DNA of 48,455 nt from Reyranellaceae bacterium (GTDB lineage: Bacteria > Pseudomonadota > Alphaproteobacteria > Reyranellales > JAQSWP01), in contig JBFWZG010000004.1 of NCBI GenBank assembly GCA_050185515.1, positions 1 through 48,455 of the forward strand, read 5' to 3'. Every line of letters begins with the position of its first letter. The first letter of the stretch is position 1. The notes beneath the pieces were generated by a model, which worked only from the letters and a program-made list of their open reading frames with translations, made no database searches and had not been told where the DNA came from. The position numbers and the translations under genes were made by a program. Positions 18,396 to 29,092 of this stretch are shown here, piece by piece.

Positions 18396-20492
18396 ATGCG
18401 CCGCTGGCTTCTCGCAGGCATTGTGCTGGCGGCGTCCGCCCTGGCCGGCGGCGCCGTGCTTGACCGGCTCTATCCGCCCGACCTGTCGCGCTTCCACGAC
18501 AGGTCGACGCTCGTGGTCGATGCCGACGGCAGGATCCTGCGCGCCTTCACCTCGAGCGACGATCGCTGGCGGCTGCTGGCCGGCCCGCAGGACGTCGATC
18601 CGCTGTTCCTCAAGCTGTTGCTGGCCTACGAGGATCGCCGCTTCCGCTGGCATCCTGGTGTCGATCCTCTCTCTGTGCTGCGCGCCATGGGGCAATTCAT
18701 TGCACATGGCGAGATCGTTTCCGGCGCCTCGACCCTGACGATGCAGACGGCCCGCCTGCTCGAGCCGCATTCGCGCGACCTGACCGGCAAGGCGCTGGAA
18801 GCGCTGCGGGCGCTGCAGCTCGAACTGCACTACAGCAAGGACGAAATCCTCACCCTCTACCTCACCCTGGCCCCCTATGGCGGCAATCTCGAGGGCGTGC
18901 GCGCCGCCTCGCTGGCCTATTTCGGCAAGGAGCCGCGAAGCCTCGCACCTGCCGAGGCAGCACTTCTGGTCGCCCTGCCCCAGTCGCCCGAGCGCCGCCG
19001 CCCCGACCTGCACCCCAAAGCCGCCCGCGCCGCGCGCGACTGGGTGGTCGAGGTCGTGGCCGGCCGTGGCGCCCTGAGCGCCGCGCAGCGCCGCGACGCG
19101 CTCGACCGGCCGGTGCCAAATACCCGCGATTCCATGCCTTTTCTGGCGCCGCACCTGAGTTTGGCGCTGGCGAGCGAGGCGCGGGCGGGTAGCACAGTTC
19201 GGACGTTCGTGCAGGGCGGGCTGCAGCGTGGACTGGAGCGTTTAGCCCTTGAATCGGCACGCAATTTCGCCGATGGCGCGGATGTGGCGATGATCGTGGT
19301 CGACAACCGCGACAGGCGCGTCATCGGCTATGTCGGCAGCGCCGATTTCTTTGCAAAATCAGGCCAGAACGACCTGGTCCGGGCCCGCCGATCGCCCGGT
19401 TCGACGCTCAAGCCGTTCGCCTACGCCATGGCCTTCGACGATGGCTTGTTGCACCCCGAATCCCTCATAGACGATGCTCCCTACCGCTTCGGCGACTATG
19501 CGCCGCGCAACTTCGATCGCGACTTCCAGGGCACCATCACCGCCCGTTCCGCGCTGCAGCAATCGCTCAACGTGCCGGCGGTGGCGGTGGTCAACCGCAT
19601 CGGTCCCGAGCGCTTCGCCGCCGGGCTGCAGCAGGCCGGCGCCGAGCTGGCCTATCCCAAGGACGCGACCGGCGCCGGCTCGCTGGCCATCGTGCTGGGC
19701 GGTGCTGGCATTTCGCTGCTCGACCTGACCATGCTCTATGTCGGGCTGGCCGATGGCGGCTCGATGCGCCGGCTGGCGCTGCACGAGAGCGACGGCGCCG
19801 ACAAGGAGCCGCCGCGCCGGCTGGTGGGCGAACGGGCGGCCTGGTATGTCGGCGACATCCTGGTGGGCAGCACGCCGCCCGACAGCTACGCCTCGACTGC
19901 CACCCCCGGCAGCAGCCGGCGCATCGCCTTCAAGACCGGCACCTCGTTCGGGTTCCGCGATGCCTGGGCGGTCGGCTATAGCGGCCGCTACACGGTCGGC
20001 GTCTGGACCGGGCATGCCGATGCGACCCCGCGGCCGGGCCAGTTCGGCCGCAACACAGCCGCCCCGATCATGCTGCGCGGCTTCGACCTGCTGCCGCCCG
20101 AGCCGGCCGCGCCGGCGCGCCGTCCGGGCGACGTACTGAGCGTCACCGGCGCGGGCGATCTGCCGCCCAGCCTGCAGGTCTTCGACCCCAGCGCGCCCCA
20201 GCTCGCCATCGGCAGCACCGCCCGCACGCGCGTGCCGGCGCCGCGCATCGTGTTTCCGCCGCAGGGCGCGCTGATCGAGGTGAGCCGCGCCGATCAGGCG
20301 CTGCAGCCGCTGGTACTGAAGGCCGAAGGCGGCCAGGGACCGCTGCGCTGGGTGGTGAACGACCGGCCAATCCCGGCAACGGCGGCGACGACGCTGTGGC
20401 AGCCCGACGGGGCTGGCTTCACCCGCATCGCCGTGGTCGACGCCAGCGGTCGCAGCAGCGTGGTCGAAGTCCGGGTGCAGATCGCCGAGTGA
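18396..20492 (+). CDS. pbpC: Penicillin-binding protein 1C
   Basis: Transglycosylase EDRRF and GASTLTMQ; transpeptidase STLK, SLN, KTGT; C-terminal beta domain; paired with A2M. Confidence 0.95.
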   Translation: MRRWLLAGIVLAASALAGGAVLDRLYPPDLSRFHDRSTLVVDADGRILRAFTSSDDRWRLLAGPQDVDPLFLKLLLAYEDRRFRWHPGVDPLSVLRAMGQFIAHGEIVSGASTLTMQTARLLEPHSRDLTGKALEALRALQLELHYSKDEILTLYLTLAPYGGNLEGVRAASLAYFGKEPRSLAPAEAALLVALPQSPERRRPDLHPKAARAARDWVVEVVAGRGALSAAQRRDALDRPVPNTRDSMPFLAPHLSLALASEARAGSTVRTFVQGGLQRGLERLALESARNFADGADVAMIVVDNRDRRVIGYVGSADFFAKSGQNDLVRARRSPGSTLKPFAYAMAFDDGLLHPESLIDDAPYRFGDYAPRNFDRDFQGTITARSALQQSLNVPAVAVVNRIGPERFAAGLQQAGAELAYPKDATGAGSLAIVLGGAGISLLDLTMLYVGLADGGSMRRLALHESDGADKEPPRRLVGERAAWYVGDILVGSTPPDSYASTATPGSSRRIAFKTGTSFGFRDAWAVGYSGRYTVGVWTGHADATPRPGQFGRNTAAPIMLRGFDLLPPEPAAPARRPGDVLSVTGAGDLPPSLQVFDPSAPQLAIGSTARTRVPAPRIVFPPQGALIEVSRADQALQPLVLKAEGGQGPLRWVVNDRPIPATAATTLWQPDGAGFTRIAVVDASGRSSVVEVRVQIAE

Positions 20493-20495
20493 AAA

Positions 20496-21404
20496 TCAGG
20501 CGGCCAGTTTCGCCGCCATGGCCTGCGCCACCTTGGAAGCCGGCCGGCGGCCCAGCGCCGCTGTGATGAAGCGGCCGATGCCGGCGATCTTCTCCAGATC
20601 GACGCCGTGCTCGATGCCGAGCCCGTTGAGCATGTAGAGCACGTCCTCGGTGCCGACATTGCCCGAGGCGCCCTTGGCGTAGGGGCAGCCGCCGAGGCCC
20701 GCGACGGCGGTGTCCATCACCGTGATGCCGCGCTCCATGCAGGCAAGGATGTTGGCCAGCGCCTGGCCGTAAGTGTCGTGGAAATGCACCGCGATCTTCT
20801 CGCGCGGCACCACGGCGGCCACGGCGTCGACCATGGCGACGCATTTGCCCGGCGTGCCGACGCCGATCGTGTCGCCGAGCGAGATCTCGTAGCAGCCCAT
20901 CGCCAGCAGCTTCGCCGCCAGATCGGCCACCGCCTGCGGCGCCACGTCGCCCTCGTAGGGGCAGCCGACGACGGTGGAAATGTAGCCGCGCACCCTGATG
21001 CCATGGTGCCGCGCCGCCTCCATCACCGGGGCAAAGCGTTCGAGGCTCTCGGCGATGGAACAGTTGATGTTCTTGCGCGAGAAGCTCTCCGACGCGGCGG
21101 CGAACACGGCGACTTCCTCGCATTTCGCCTCGATGGCGGCGTTCATGCCCTGCTTGTTGGGCACCAGCACGGGGTAGGACACGCCCGGCTTGCGCCGGAT
21201 GCGGGCCATGACTTCGTCGGTGCTGGCCATCTGCGGCACCCATTTCGGCGACACGAAGCTGCCGGCCTCGACGGTGACGTGGCCGGCCTCGGTCAGCCGG
21301 TCGATCAGCTCGACCTTGACCTCGACCGGCACCGGCTTGGCCTCGTTCTGCAGCCCGTCGCGCGGACCGACCTCGACCAGACGCACTCGCTTCGGCAGGG
21401 CCAT
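20496..21404 (-). CDS. hmgL: Hydroxymethylglutaryl-CoA lyase (LiuE/HmgL)
   Basis: EVGPRDGLQNE, HFHDTYGQALAN, GLGGCPYAKGASGN. Confidence 0.95.
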   Translation of the reverse strand: MALPKRVRLVEVGPRDGLQNEAKPVPVEVKVELIDRLTEAGHVTVEAGSFVSPKWVPQMASTDEVMARIRRKPGVSYPVLVPNKQGMNAAIEAKCEEVAVFAAASESFSRKNINCSIAESLERFAPVMEAARHHGIRVRGYISTVVGCPYEGDVAPQAVADLAAKLLAMGCYEISLGDTIGVGTPGKCVAMVDAVAAVVPREKIAVHFHDTYGQALANILACMERGITVMDTAVAGLGGCPYAKGASGNVGTEDVLYMLNGLGIEHGVDLEKIAGIGRFITAALGRRPASKVAQAMAAKLAA

Positions 21405-21414
21405 GGCCGCCTCC

Positions 21415-23433
<2,019 letters not shown>

Positions 23434-23451
23434 CTGCGTTCGACCTCTATC

Positions 23452-24234
23452 TCAAACAGTCCAGCCCGCCTTGCGCTTCTCGAGGAAGGCGCTCATGCCC
23501 TCCTTGGCGTCAGGCGTGGTGCATTGCGCGGCGACTTCGTCGGCGATGCGGGCAGCCACCTTGGTATCCCGGGCGGCGACCGAGAATTCGGTCACCAGCC
23601 GCTTGATCAGCGCCTGGACGCTGGGCGCGCCGAGCTTCAGTTCGCCGGCCAGTTTCGCGATCTCGGCGTCCAGTTCGGCCGCCGGCACGACGCGATCGAC
23701 CAGCCCGAACTCCAGCGCCTGCGCGGCGGGCACGATGCCGCCATGCAGCAACACCTGTCGCGCCTTGCGCGGACCCAAAGCCTGGATCAGTTCGGGAATG
23801 GCGATGCCGGCCAGCAGGCCGTTGCGCACCGAGGTCAGGCCGAAGCGCGCGGTGTCGGCGGCGACGGCGTAGTCGCAGGCCAGCATGATGCCGACGCCAC
23901 CACCGACGCAGGCGCCCTGGACGCGGGCGATCGACGGCTTGGGCAGGTCGTAGACCGCCTGCACCGCATCGGAGAACAGCGTGGCGCCGGCATGCTGCTC
24001 GGCGGCGCTAAGTGACGGCCAGGTCAGCACCCAGTTGAAATCGCCGCCGGCCGAGAAGCTCGGCCCGTCGGCCGCCAGCACGACGATGCGCACCGCCTCG
24101 TCGCCGGCGGCCCGGCGCATGGCGGCGATCAGCGCGTGGCCAGTCGCCTGGTCGAGCGCGTTGTGCGCATCCGGCCGGTTGATCCGGATCGTAGCGACGC
24201 CGGCAGCGACGGAATAGAGGACCGGGTCCGCCAT
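23452..24234 (-). CDS. Enoyl-CoA hydratase/isomerase (crotonase) family protein in the LiuC position
   Basis: Start re-called at ATG 24234 (MADPVLY); INRPDAHNAL, FSAGGD, GGGVG, EGMSAFLEKR; catalytic Glu apparently replaced by Ser. Confidence 0.85.
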   Translation of the reverse strand: MADPVLYSVAAGVATIRINRPDAHNALDQATGHALIAAMRRAAGDEAVRIVVLAADGPSFSAGGDFNWVLTWPSLSAAEQHAGATLFSDAVQAVYDLPKPSIARVQGACVGGGVGIMLACDYAVAADTARFGLTSVRNGLLAGIAIPELIQALGPRKARQVLLHGGIVPAAQALEFGLVDRVVPAAELDAEIAKLAGELKLGAPSVQALIKRLVTEFSVAARDTKVAARIADEVAAQCTTPDAKEGMSAFLEKRKAGWTV

Positions 24235-24236
24235 GG

Positions 24237-25844
24237 TCACATCCGGAACACGCCGAACTTGGTCGGCTCGATCGGACGGTTCATGGCGGCGGAAATCGCC
24301 AGGCCCAGGGTGGTGCGGGTGTCGGCCGGATCGAGAATGCCGTCGTCCCAGACCCGGGCCGAGGCGAAATAGGGATGCGCCTCGTTGTTGATCTGGTCGC
24401 GGATCGGCGCCTTGAACGCCTCCTCGTCTTCGGCCGACCAGGACTGGCCGCGCGCCTCCATGCCGTCGCGCCGCACCGTCGCCAGCACCGACGCCGCCTG
24501 CTCGCCGCCCATCACCGCGATGCGCCCCGAGGGCCACATCCACAGGAAACGCGGGCTGTAGGCGCGGCCGCACATGCCGTAATTGCCGGCGCCGTAGGAG
24601 CCGCCGATGATGACGGTGAATTTCGGCACGTTGACCGTCGCCACCGCCGTCACCAGCTTGGCGCCGTCCTTGGCGATGCCGCCGGCCTCGTATTTCTTGC
24701 CGACCATGAAGCCGGTGATGTTCTGCAGGAACAGCAGCGGAATGCCGCGCTGGCCGCACAGTTCGATGAAGTGCGCGCCTTTCATCGCCGATTCGGAGAA
24801 CAGGATGCCGTTGTTGGCGACGATGCCGACCGGATAGCCCCAGATATGGGCGAAGCCGCAGACCAGGGTGGTGGCATAGAGCTGCTTGAACTCGTCGAAC
24901 TCCGAGCCGTCGACCAGACGGGCGATGACCTCGCGCACGTCGTAGGGAATGCGCGAATCGGTCGGCAGGATGCCGTAGAGATCCTCGGCCGGATAAAGCG
25001 GCTCGCGCGGCTGCTCCAGCGCCACCGAAGGCCGCTTGACGCGGTTCATGTTGGCGACGATGCGGCGGGCCATGCCCAGCGCATGCGAATCGTTCATGGC
25101 GTAGTAGTCGGTGACGCCCGAGGTGCGCGAATGCACGTCGGCGCCGCCCAGCTCCTCGGCGCTGACCGTCTCGCCGATGGCGGCCTTCACCAGCGGCGGG
25201 CCGCCGAGGAAAATCGTGCCCTGCTTGCGCACGATGATCGCCTCGTCGGACATGGCCGGCACGTAGGCGCCGCCGGCGGTGCAGGAGCCCATCACGACGG
25301 CGATCTGGGGAATGCCCTGCGACGACATGTTGGCCTGGTTGTAGAAGATGCGGCCGAAATGGGTGACGTCGGGGAACACGCCGGTCTGGTTGGGCAGGTT
25401 GGCGCCGCCCGAGTCGACGAGATAGAGGCAGGGCAGCCGGTTCTCGATGGCGATCTGCTGGGCGCGCAGATGCTTCGTCACCGTCATCGGGTAGTAGGTG
25501 CCGCCCTTGACCGTGGCGTCGTTGCAGACGATGACGCATTCCTGGCCCGAGACGCGGCCGATGCCGGTGATCACGCCGGCCGAGGGCACCTCGTCGTCGT
25601 ACATGTTCAGGGCGGCGAGCTGCGACAGCTCGAGGAAGGGCGAACCGGGATCGAGCAGGGTGCGCACCCGGTCGCGCGGCAGCAGCTTGCCCCGGGCGAG
25701 ATGCTTCTCGCGCGCCGCAGCGCCGCCGCCCTCGCGTATCTTCGCCACCCGGGCCTTCAGGTCGGCCACCTGTTCGGCCATGGCGGCGGCGTTTGCCTTG
25801 AAGGCGGCGGAGCGCACATCGAGCGCGGATTTCAGGACCGGCAT
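24237..25844 (-). CDS. liuB: 3-methylcrotonyl-CoA carboxylase beta subunit (carboxyltransferase)
   Basis: [46 protein letters not shown]-terminal FGVFRM. Confidence 0.93.
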   Translation of the reverse strand: MPVLKSALDVRSAAFKANAAAMAEQVADLKARVAKIREGGGAAAREKHLARGKLLPRDRVRTLLDPGSPFLELSQLAALNMYDDEVPSAGVITGIGRVSGQECVIVCNDATVKGGTYYPMTVTKHLRAQQIAIENRLPCLYLVDSGGANLPNQTGVFPDVTHFGRIFYNQANMSSQGIPQIAVVMGSCTAGGAYVPAMSDEAIIVRKQGTIFLGGPPLVKAAIGETVSAEELGGADVHSRTSGVTDYYAMNDSHALGMARRIVANMNRVKRPSVALEQPREPLYPAEDLYGILPTDSRIPYDVREVIARLVDGSEFDEFKQLYATTLVCGFAHIWGYPVGIVANNGILFSESAMKGAHFIELCGQRGIPLLFLQNITGFMVGKKYEAGGIAKDGAKLVTAVATVNVPKFTVIIGGSYGAGNYGMCGRAYSPRFLWMWPSGRIAVMGGEQAASVLATVRRDGMEARGQSWSAEDEEAFKAPIRDQINNEAHPYFASARVWDDGILDPADTRTTLGLAISAAMNRPIEPTKFGVFRM

Positions 25845-25947
25845 GAACTACCCATTTGCGTTTGCTTGACTTTGCGCCGGCGGGGCCGGCGCGAGGAATG
25901 CGTTTCCCGCCCGCAAATTGCCGGCCGGGGCCACGCCCGGCAAGGGC

Positions 25948-25986
25948 AAAAAAAGCGGCCCGTCTCGCCTGTCGGCGGGACGGGCC
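25948..25986 (-). terminator. Rho-independent terminator downstream of the CBS gene
   Basis: Hairpin ggcccgtctcgcc-tgtc-ggcgggacgggcc (25957-25986) followed on the minus strand by a 7-U run (A7 at 25948-25954). Confidence 0.75.
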
Positions 25987-26014
25987 ACGGCAATTCCGCA
26001 GGTCAGACGGGGTC

Positions 26015-26443
26015 TCAGCCGGCGACGATATAGCGGCGCAGGTCTTCGGCCTCGTGACGCACCTCGTCGATCAGCGCCTTGACCACGTCGCCGATCGAAA
26101 CCACGCCGACCAACCGGCCCCGCTCGACCACGGGCAAATGACGGATGCGCCGCTCGGTCATCACCGCCATGACCGATTCGACCGTGTTGTCGGGCGCGCA
26201 GACCACGACCGACTTGGTCATGATATCGCAGACGCGGTCGGCTAGGACGGCGCCGCCGCGCACCGCCACCCCGCGCGCGATGTCGCGTTCGGAGATGATG
26301 CCAAGCACGCGATCGCCGGCAAGCACCAGAACAGCGCCGATGCCGTGATGGGTCATGGTGCGGGCGGCGTCCTCCACGGTCATGTCCGGGGTGATGCCGA
26401 CGACGTCGATTTCCTTGGCGCTGAGAATTTCCGACACAAGCAT
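26015..26443 (-). CDS. CBS domain-pair protein
   Basis: Start at ATG 26443 with GAGGAGG RBS; GIISERDIAR, MTERRIRHLPV, GVVSIGDVVK. Confidence 0.92.
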   Translation of the reverse strand: MLVSEILSAKEIDVVGITPDMTVEDAARTMTHHGIGAVLVLAGDRVLGIISERDIARGVAVRGGAVLADRVCDIMTKSVVVCAPDNTVESVMAVMTERRIRHLPVVERGRLVGVVSIGDVVKALIDEVRHEAEDLRRYIVAG

Positions 26444-26694
26444 GGGCTTCCTCCTCTTCGCTTCGGAGGGCGGCCGGAACACCGCGTCGCTTTCGCGTCC
26501 AAATCGCCCGGCTCGGGCCGGCGCCTGTTCGAACGCCGGCATCGCTGCCGACGGCGCGGGGCCAGACGGCTCCGCAACAGAAACGAACGCTCAGGCGATA
26601 ACTGTGTTCCTCCCCGCCCCGGCAGGCAAGCCATTCGCCTGTGGAGTATGCCGATGGACCGATGCTGCAGCGCGACATTGGGCGAGGCACCCTG

Positions 26695-26710
26695 TGTGAA
26701 ATGGATCACA
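26695..26710. promoter_or_regulatory. CRP-family binding site (TGTGA-N6-TCACA), box 1
   Basis: TGTGA-AATGGA-TCACA, perfect consensus, in the AT-richer intergenic region between the divergent CBS and beta-barrel genes. Confidence 0.65.
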
Positions 26711-26849
26711 GTCGAGACCGTCCAGTTATCGTATGGATTGATAAATGTCTGGTTCAAATGTAATTTTGACGATCCACGGTCCGTGGCGCGACCGGCGCGC
26801 CGGGCCGACCGCAGCAAAGTGTCCTATCGGGACGGAGGCGGGGACGGAA

Positions 26850-28082
26850 GTGGCCGGTCAGGGGGTACGAGCTTTGTTCAAGTCCAGGAATTCGCTGCGG
26901 GCGGGCGTGCCCGCCAGGCGGGCAGCCGCATGGGCCGGCTTCGGGGCGGCAGTCGCCGCGGCAATCGGTATCGCAGGAACCCATCCGGCAGCGGCGCAGC
27001 AAAGCGTGGACCTGCAGGATCTGTTCCGCCAGGTGCTGGTCAATCCAACCGACACGGGCGCCAACATGCGCTACGCCAAGGAAGCCGAGCGGCGCGGCGA
27101 ACTGCGCAAGGCGTTGTCGGCCTACGAGCGCATCGTGCTCAACGAGCCGAACAATCGCGAGGCGCGCGGCGAGTACGAACGCATCAAGGCGCTGCTCGAG
27201 CCGGCGCAGACCCGCTTCCAGTTCGGCTTCGGCGGCCAGTTCGAAACCAACACCGATCTCGAGGACGGTAACGGCCGCGGCGATTTCGCGGGCATCGTTA
27301 CCTTCCGCGTCGACGACGACCGGCGCCTGTTCGGCTCGACGCTGTGGCGCTCGTCGGCGCAGCTCTATGCCGACGCGCATGTGCGCAGCAGTTCCGCCGA
27401 TTTCGTCTACGGCAGCGCCAGCACCGGTCCGATATTCCTGGTCGGCAACGGCTGGCGCTTCCATCCCTTCGTCACCGCCGAAAGCGGTCTGGCCGACTAC
27501 GACTTCCTGTTCTGGTCGGGCGGCATCGGCGGCACGCTGGAAACGCGCGGCTCGGACCCGCTGCGCAGCGTCACGGCCTCTGTGTCATACGCGGATTTCG
27601 CCTCCGGCGACGGCGACGGGCCGTTCACGCCCGACAACGGACGCGACGCCGTGGTGGCAGGGCTGTCGGTGCGGCTGGGCTGGGACAACGTCTTCGCCAA
27701 GACGGATGCCATCGAGCTGCGGCCGCAGATCGTCTACAACGCCGCCGACGACAGCGAATACACGTTCTGGCAGGGCGGCGCGACGCTGTCCTACGCCGCC
27801 AGCCTGTTCACCTTCGCCGGCGGCGTCGGCAACGTCTTCCTCAGCCCCGAGGTGACGGTGCAGTACCGCAACTACAAAGGCGCCGAACAGGGCCGCAGCA
27901 ACGACCGCAAGGACTTCCGCGTTTCGCCGTCGCTGCGCCTGATCGCCATGTACGACAACTACACGGCCGTGCTCGGCTACGTCTACGACCGCAACTTCTC
28001 GAACTACGACAACGAGAACGGCCTCAACGGCCGCAACTACGAGAACCATCGCGTCGGCCTCAACTTCTTCGTGGATTTCTAA
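26850..28082 (+). CDS. Outer-membrane protein with N-terminal TPR and C-terminal beta-barrel (Slam/DUF560-like architecture)
   Basis: Signal peptide ending AAA-QQ; TPR-like helices (LVNPTD..YAKEAERRGELRKALSAYERIVLNEPNN..AR); amphipathic beta-strands; C-terminal VGLNFFVDF Bam-type motif. Start uncertain (26745, GTG 26850 or TTG 26874). Confidence 0.72.
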   Translation: MAGQGVRALFKSRNSLRAGVPARRAAAWAGFGAAVAAAIGIAGTHPAAAQQSVDLQDLFRQVLVNPTDTGANMRYAKEAERRGELRKALSAYERIVLNEPNNREARGEYERIKALLEPAQTRFQFGFGGQFETNTDLEDGNGRGDFAGIVTFRVDDDRRLFGSTLWRSSAQLYADAHVRSSSADFVYGSASTGPIFLVGNGWRFHPFVTAESGLADYDFLFWSGGIGGTLETRGSDPLRSVTASVSYADFASGDGDGPFTPDNGRDAVVAGLSVRLGWDNVFAKTDAIELRPQIVYNAADDSEYTFWQGGATLSYAASLFTFAGGVGNVFLSPEVTVQYRNYKGAEQGRSNDRKDFRVSPSLRLIAMYDNYTAVLGYVYDRNFSNYDNENGLNGRNYENHRVGLNFFVDF

Positions 28083-28858
28083 TGCGCACCATCATTCTCG
28101 CCACCGTCGCCGCCGCCGCCATCGCGGCCGTCGCGACCATTCCGTCGGCCCGGATCGCGGCCCAGACGGCGGCCCAGACGGCGGCGCCCGATGTCGGCGT
28201 CGCCGCCACCGTGATCAATCGCGTCGAGGGCACCGTCGGGCAGCAGACCGCCGCCAAGAAGACCGGCGACAAGGTGTTCCAGAACGAGTTGATCCGCACC
28301 GGCACGGAGAGCAAGGGCCAGCTGCTGTTCCGCGACGAGACCAGCCTGACGATCGGGCCTGAGTCCGAGGTAAAGCTCGACCAGTTCGTCTACAACCCGC
28401 AGGGCAGTTCGTCGGTGACGCTTAACGCCACCAAGGGCGTGTTCCGATTCATCTCGGGCAGCCTTCCCAGCCAGGCCTACGAGATCAAGACGCCGGCGGC
28501 GACCATCGGCGTGCGCGGCACGATCATCAATATCCTGCTGCTGCTCGACGGCACGGAGGTGTTCCAGAACGGCGAAGGCAGCTTCGTGGCGCAGACGCTG
28601 CGCGGCAACTTCACCGTCAACCGCCCGGGCCAGGTGCTGGTGATCCGCCCCGGCGGCGAACCGCAGATCAACGGCAAGCTGGCGCCCTGGCAGCAGGCGC
28701 TGCTGGCGCCGATCCTCGATCCCGACAAGCGCTCGGCGACGGTGCCCGACTTCTTCCAGGAAGACCGGGTGCGCAAGCTGCGCAACATCCTGCGCGGGCG
28801 GAGCGGCGGCTATTCCGGCTACGACGACTACCAGCCGTGCTACGAGTGCGAATACTAG
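28082..28858 (+). CDS. Exported FecR-domain protein (paralogue 1)
   Basis: ATG overlaps the barrel stop (TAATG); signal peptide; GDKVFQNELIRTG..LLFRDETSLTIGPES..LDQFVYNP..GVFRFISG..TPAATIGVRGT. Confidence 0.82.
   Translation: MRTIILATVAAAAIAAVATIPSARIAAQTAAQTAAPDVGVAATVINRVEGTVGQQTAAKKTGDKVFQNELIRTGTESKGQLLFRDETSLTIGPESEVKLDQFVYNPQGSSSVTLNATKGVFRFISGSLPSQAYEIKTPAATIGVRGTIINILLLLDGTEVFQNGEGSFVAQTLRGNFTVNRPGQVLVIRPGGEPQINGKLAPWQQALLAPILDPDKRSATVPDFFQEDRVRKLRNILRGRSGGYSGYDDYQPCYECEY
28157..28185 (+). repeat. 12-bp in-frame tandem repeat (gcggcccagacg x2.4) encoding AAQT-AAQT
   Basis: Direct inspection; lies at the predicted signal-peptide cleavage region of FecR paralogue 1. Confidence 0.7.
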
Positions 28859-29013
28859 AGCAAATCAGGTCTTGACGGAATCGCTAGCGATTCCGTCAAG
28901 ACCTGTGAATTTGCTCTAGATGTTTGGAATGGAGCGGATTCACAGGATTGGAGGCCTGACCTTCCGGACGGGCGGCTCGCAGGAGCCGCCCGTTTGCGTT
29001 TGTGAAGCCGTTC
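28855..29013. repeat. Composite palindromic intergenic element (REP/MITE-like, CTAG-bounded first arm)
   Basis: Perfect 40-bp palindrome 28866-28905 inside ctagagcaaat/atttgctctag arms (28855-28919); second imperfect pair gagcggattcaca (28932-28944)/tgtgaagccgttc (29001-29013) enclosing an 11-bp GC hairpin. Confidence 0.75.
28968..29001 (+). terminator. Possible rho-independent terminator after FecR paralogue 1
   Basis: acgggcggctc-gcag-gagccgcccgt followed by an interrupted T tract (ttgcgttt). Confidence 0.45.
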
Positions 29014-29016
29014 ACA
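29001..29016. promoter_or_regulatory. CRP-family binding site (TGTGA-N6-TCACA), box 2
   Basis: TGTGA-AGCCGT-TCACA, perfect consensus, ending 76 nt before the ATG of FecR paralogue 2. Confidence 0.6.
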
Positions 29017-29092
29017 GTGGGGCCCGGCGCCACTGGAACGCGGGGCGGCCGCGCCCCACCTACCAAGCGCCCCCTCGTCATGGGAGATCGCC

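Noticed and set aside
13414-20492. A2M-pbpC pair as a novel defence system
   Set aside because: Already a well-described conserved pair; only the anchor difference was kept as a finding.
27344-28081. 504-aa ORF suggesting a long N-terminal extension of FecR paralogue 1
   Set aside because: The upstream part is an off-frame reading of the barrel gene; the real start is the coupled ATG at 28082, followed by a signal peptide.
28855-29016. Palindromic region as a CRISPR array or riboswitch
   Set aside because: No repeated unit with spacers, no cas genes, and no riboswitch consensus that I recognise.
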